From an uncultured bacterium (lineage in GTDB: Bacteria > Omnitrophota > Gorgyraeia > Duberdicusellales > CBEUCJ01), in the NCBI GenBank assembly GCA_965541615.1, contig CBEUCJ010000002.1, forward strand, positions 31,795 through 95,794: a DNA stretch of 64,000 nucleotides, read 5' to 3'. Below are positions 61,523 through 64,000 of this stretch, piece after piece. A program made the translations under genes and the position numbers. The notes beneath the pieces are model-generated. The model saw nothing but the letters and a program-made list of their open reading frames with translations. It made no database searches and was not told the DNA's origin. Numbering within the stretch: the first letter of the stretch is position 1; each line of letters opens with the position of its first letter.

Positions 61523-62659
61523 ATGGAACCAAAGTGTGATATTATTGTCCTCACTTGGAATCAAAAATCATTAATAAAAGAATTTACAGATTCTATTTTA
61601 GAAAACACTATCACCCCCTCTAGATTGATAATCATAGATAACGCAAGTAAAGATGGCACTCAGGATTATTTGAAAACTTTAAAAGGTAATGAGATCGTAA
61701 AGATAGAAGTTATTTTTAATAAAGAAAATTTAGGTTATGTAGGAGGAATGAATCAAGGACTGGTTTTAAGCAAATCTGAGTATGTATGTTTGATGAATAA
61801 CGATGTTTTAGTAACTAAAGGATGGTTATCTAAGATGATAAAGGTAGCCGAAAGTCACCCTCAAATAGGTATAGTCAACCCCCAGAGTAACAATTTTGGT
61901 GTTTTTCCTCCAAAAGGGATGAGTTTAAATGAATTTGCACAAAAGTTAGAACAGAAATTTAATAATGAATTTGTAGAGTTTAACACATGTATAGGTTTTT
62001 GTATGTTAATTAAAAGGAAAGTGATAGAAAAAATTGGTTTTTTGAGCACAGAATTTGCGCCCATATTCTTTGAAGATACAGATTTCTCTATGAGAGCCAA
62101 GAAAGCAGGATTTTTGTGTGTAGGAGCTTTATCTGCTTATGTATGGCACCATGAACATAAAGCAGTGAGCAGAATGAAAGAAAGAGAAGAGATTTTTAAA
62201 AGAAATAAAGAAAAATTTGAAAAGAAATGGGGTAGATTTTTAAGAATAGCTTTTATTACAAAAAATCTTCCTCAATCAGAGGGTTTTAAAGATGATTTTC
62301 TTAAAGCTATAAAGTTAGCTCGTTTATCTAATTTTATTCATTTCTTCTTTAAAAATCCCCAAAATCTATCTCCTAAAGTTTTTTTTAAAGACTTAAATGA
62401 AGTTGTGAATTGCAATCTCAAATTTTTTTATCCAAAGCATTTTTTAAATTTTAATCTATACGTATTATGGAGAATATTGAAAAGAAGAAAGAAAAAATAT
62501 GATATAATTATCGTTCCTACTAAAGGTATGTTCAATAATTTTAAATTTTTAAAATTCCTTCATAGAGCAGATGTGATTTTTAACGAACCTGTAGAGATCC
62601 TTTTAGAATTTTGCAAGAAAAAAAAATTTGAAAATGAGAATAGCTCTAATTTACAATAG
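61523..62659 (+). CDS. Glycosyltransferase family 2 with C-terminal extension
   Basis: IIVLTWN, IDNAS.DG, NLGY..G.N.G, NND, GFCMLI, FED.DF..RA. Confidence 0.9.
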   Translation: MEPKCDIIVLTWNQKSLIKEFTDSILENTITPSRLIIIDNASKDGTQDYLKTLKGNEIVKIEVIFNKENLGYVGGMNQGLVLSKSEYVCLMNNDVLVTKGWLSKMIKVAESHPQIGIVNPQSNNFGVFPPKGMSLNEFAQKLEQKFNNEFVEFNTCIGFCMLIKRKVIEKIGFLSTEFAPIFFEDTDFSMRAKKAGFLCVGALSAYVWHHEHKAVSRMKEREEIFKRNKEKFEKKWGRFLRIAFITKNLPQSEGFKDDFLKAIKLARLSNFIHFFFKNPQNLSPKVFFKDLNEVVNCNLKFFYPKHFLNFNLYVLWRILKRRKKKYDIIIVPTKGMFNNFKFLKFLHRADVIFNEPVEILLEFCKKKKFENENSSNLQ

Positions 62660-63494
62660 AGGCAACAGATTACCATTGGGCGAAATATGTCAAGATATTT
62701 TAAAAAAATATAAAACTTTAGAAATCTATCAATTTGACTTAAAGGAAATACAAAGTGTTAAAGAAAGATTTGATTTATATTTAAGAATAGGCGATGATAA
62801 CTATGAAATTTTGCCTAATGACCTTCATCCTGTAGGATGGTGGATAACAGATACTCATTTAAAACATGCCTATAAAAAAATAAAAAAACAAGCTAAAGAT
62901 TACGATTTTCTTTTCTGTGCGCAAAAAGAAGGAGCGCAAAAGTTAGAAAGAGATCTAAATAAGAAGGTTTACTGGCTTCCTTTAGGAACTCCAGGAGTTG
63001 ACCCAAATTTTAAATTTGTTCAAGAAGAAGATAAGATATGGGATATATGCTTTGTAGGGACTCAGGGTAAATACAGTTTAAGAAAAGTAGTTTTGGAATT
63101 AATAAAAATAAATTATCCAAATTCATTTATAGGAGAAGTTCCCTTTTCAAAATTACTAGAATTTTATTCTAAATCAAAGATTTGTATAAATTATCCTATA
63201 AATAATGACATCAATGCTAGAATTTTTGAAGCTATGAGTGCAGGAAGTTTGGTGATTACCTATCGTATAAAAAATAATGGTTTTGAAGAACTTTTTGAAG
63301 AGAATAAACATTTAGTAGTCTTTGATGATATCTTTGAAGAGATGAAAGAGAAGATAGATTATTATTTAAAAAATACAGATGCAAGATTAAAGATAGCAAA
63401 AAATGGATTTGAGTATGTAAATAAGTGTCATACTTACACACAGAGGTTAACAAGGATGTTTAAAATAATAGGGATAGATTTACAGAATTTATGA
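62628..63494 (+). CDS. Glycosyltransferase (CgeB / GT1-like)
   Basis: W..DTH, YD..F.AQK, DI.FVG, Y..SKI.IN.....DIN.RIFEA...G; start may be ATG 62634. Confidence 0.85.
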   Translation: MKMRIALIYNRGNRLPLGEICQDILKKYKTLEIYQFDLKEIQSVKERFDLYLRIGDDNYEILPNDLHPVGWWITDTHLKHAYKKIKKQAKDYDFLFCAQKEGAQKLERDLNKKVYWLPLGTPGVDPNFKFVQEEDKIWDICFVGTQGKYSLRKVVLELIKINYPNSFIGEVPFSKLLEFYSKSKICINYPINNDINARIFEAMSAGSLVITYRIKNNGFEELFEENKHLVVFDDIFEEMKEKIDYYLKNTDARLKIAKNGFEYVNKCHTYTQRLTRMFKIIGIDLQNL

Positions 63495-63673
63495 AAATTA
63501 AGATTTATCATATTTCTAAAGGTTTAGAATCAAAGTTTAATTTGTTTTCTAAACCCTGAATATATAAATCTAAATTTGAAAATTGGATGATTGTAAAAAT
63601 TTTTGGTATTTACTTCTGGATATATCCGAAAGAACACAGATTAAATCTTTTTAAATCAAAAAATGGAAAGTAA
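63491..63673 (+). pseudogene. 60-codon frame interrupted by one in-frame TGA
   Basis: MKIKIYHISKGLESKFNLFSKP*IYKSKFENWMIVKIFGIYFWIYPKEHRLNLFKSKNGK*; ATGA overlap upstream and overlap with the next start downstream. Confidence 0.4.
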
Positions 63674-64000
63674 AAAAGTTCCTGTAAGTGTAGTCATTTT
63701 AACCAAAAATGAAGAGGAAAAAATTGAAGATTGTTTAAAAAGTGTTTGGGGTTGGGTAGATGAAATAATAGTTGTAGATGATGAAAGTACAGATAGGACA
63801 AGAGAGATAGCTTCCAAATATGCAGATAGAGTTTTAGTTAAAAAAATGGATATAGAAGGTAAACATAGAAACTGGGCTTATTCTCAGGCAAAAAATGATT
63901 GGATTTTAAGTTTAGATGCAGATGAGGTGGTTACAGAAGAGTTAAAAAAAGAGATAATACAACTTATGAATTCAAATCTTATTGAAGAATACAATGCCTT
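63663..64000 (+). CDS. Glycosyltransferase family 2 (KdtX/WaaE-like), partial at window end
   Basis: MESKKVPVSVVILTKNEE..I.DCL.SV...DEIIVVDD.STDRT...RN.A..QA.NDWILSLDADE; open to the window edge, not in the ORF track. Confidence 0.92.
   Translation, partial: MESKKVPVSVVILTKNEEEKIEDCLKSVWGWVDEIIVVDDESTDRTREIASKYADRVLVKKMDIEGKHRNWAYSQAKNDWILSLDADEVVTEELKKEIIQLMNSNLIEEYNA

Noticed and set aside
63557-63559. Selenocysteine or genetic-code reassignment of TGA
   Set aside because: No SECIS-like hairpin or redox motif, and TGA ends many genes in the window at the expected positions

Overview
A 64 kb, very AT-rich, densely coding bacterial chromosome segment. Nearly all genes lie on the + strand in long runs with overlapping stop/start codons. 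The content points to a diderm (LptD, GT9 heptosyltransferases), anaerobic ([FeFe]-hydrogenase, Rnf) and probably thermophilic (di-myo-inositol-phosphate genes, K/E-rich proteins) organism; gene style suggests Ca. Omnitrophota, but that is inference only. In order: end of a SpoIID/LytB gene, queA-tgt-trmD-rplS-yraN; a folate C1 block (fchA-like, folD, metF, degenerate flavoprotein, DUF1015); accD; an orphan sugar-ABC ATPase, two membrane diguanylate cyclases, ROK kinase, transaldolase, lptD and nucleotide-sugar genes; ino1 plus IPCT/DIPPS; tRNA-Thr(CGU), metE, MFS, rnfCDGEAB, rseC, purN; a minus-strand FtsH-like protease and lipoprotein; rex, a D-2-hydroxyacid dehydrogenase, trimeric hydrogenase, hydF, hydG; a decayed cutA remnant; AKR, nadE, radical SAM; a Ski2-like helicase divergent from an orphan ParB-like gene; and a long LPS/surface-glycan cluster. 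No CRISPR, prophage, IS or rRNA was seen. Best leads: (1) a secreted beta-propeller fused to what looks like a single half-TolC repeat; (2) a Rex-controlled, apparently non-bifurcating NADH-dependent hydrogenase next to Rnf; (3) a split folate branch (YxxxQ FolD + FchA + MetF without MetV + odd flavoprotein); (4) several promoters with an ATG exactly 9 nt after the -10 box (near-leaderless mRNAs); (5) a 66-nt near-identical patch shared by two otherwise divergent GGDEF genes. All calls come from motif recognition by eye; no database searches were run.
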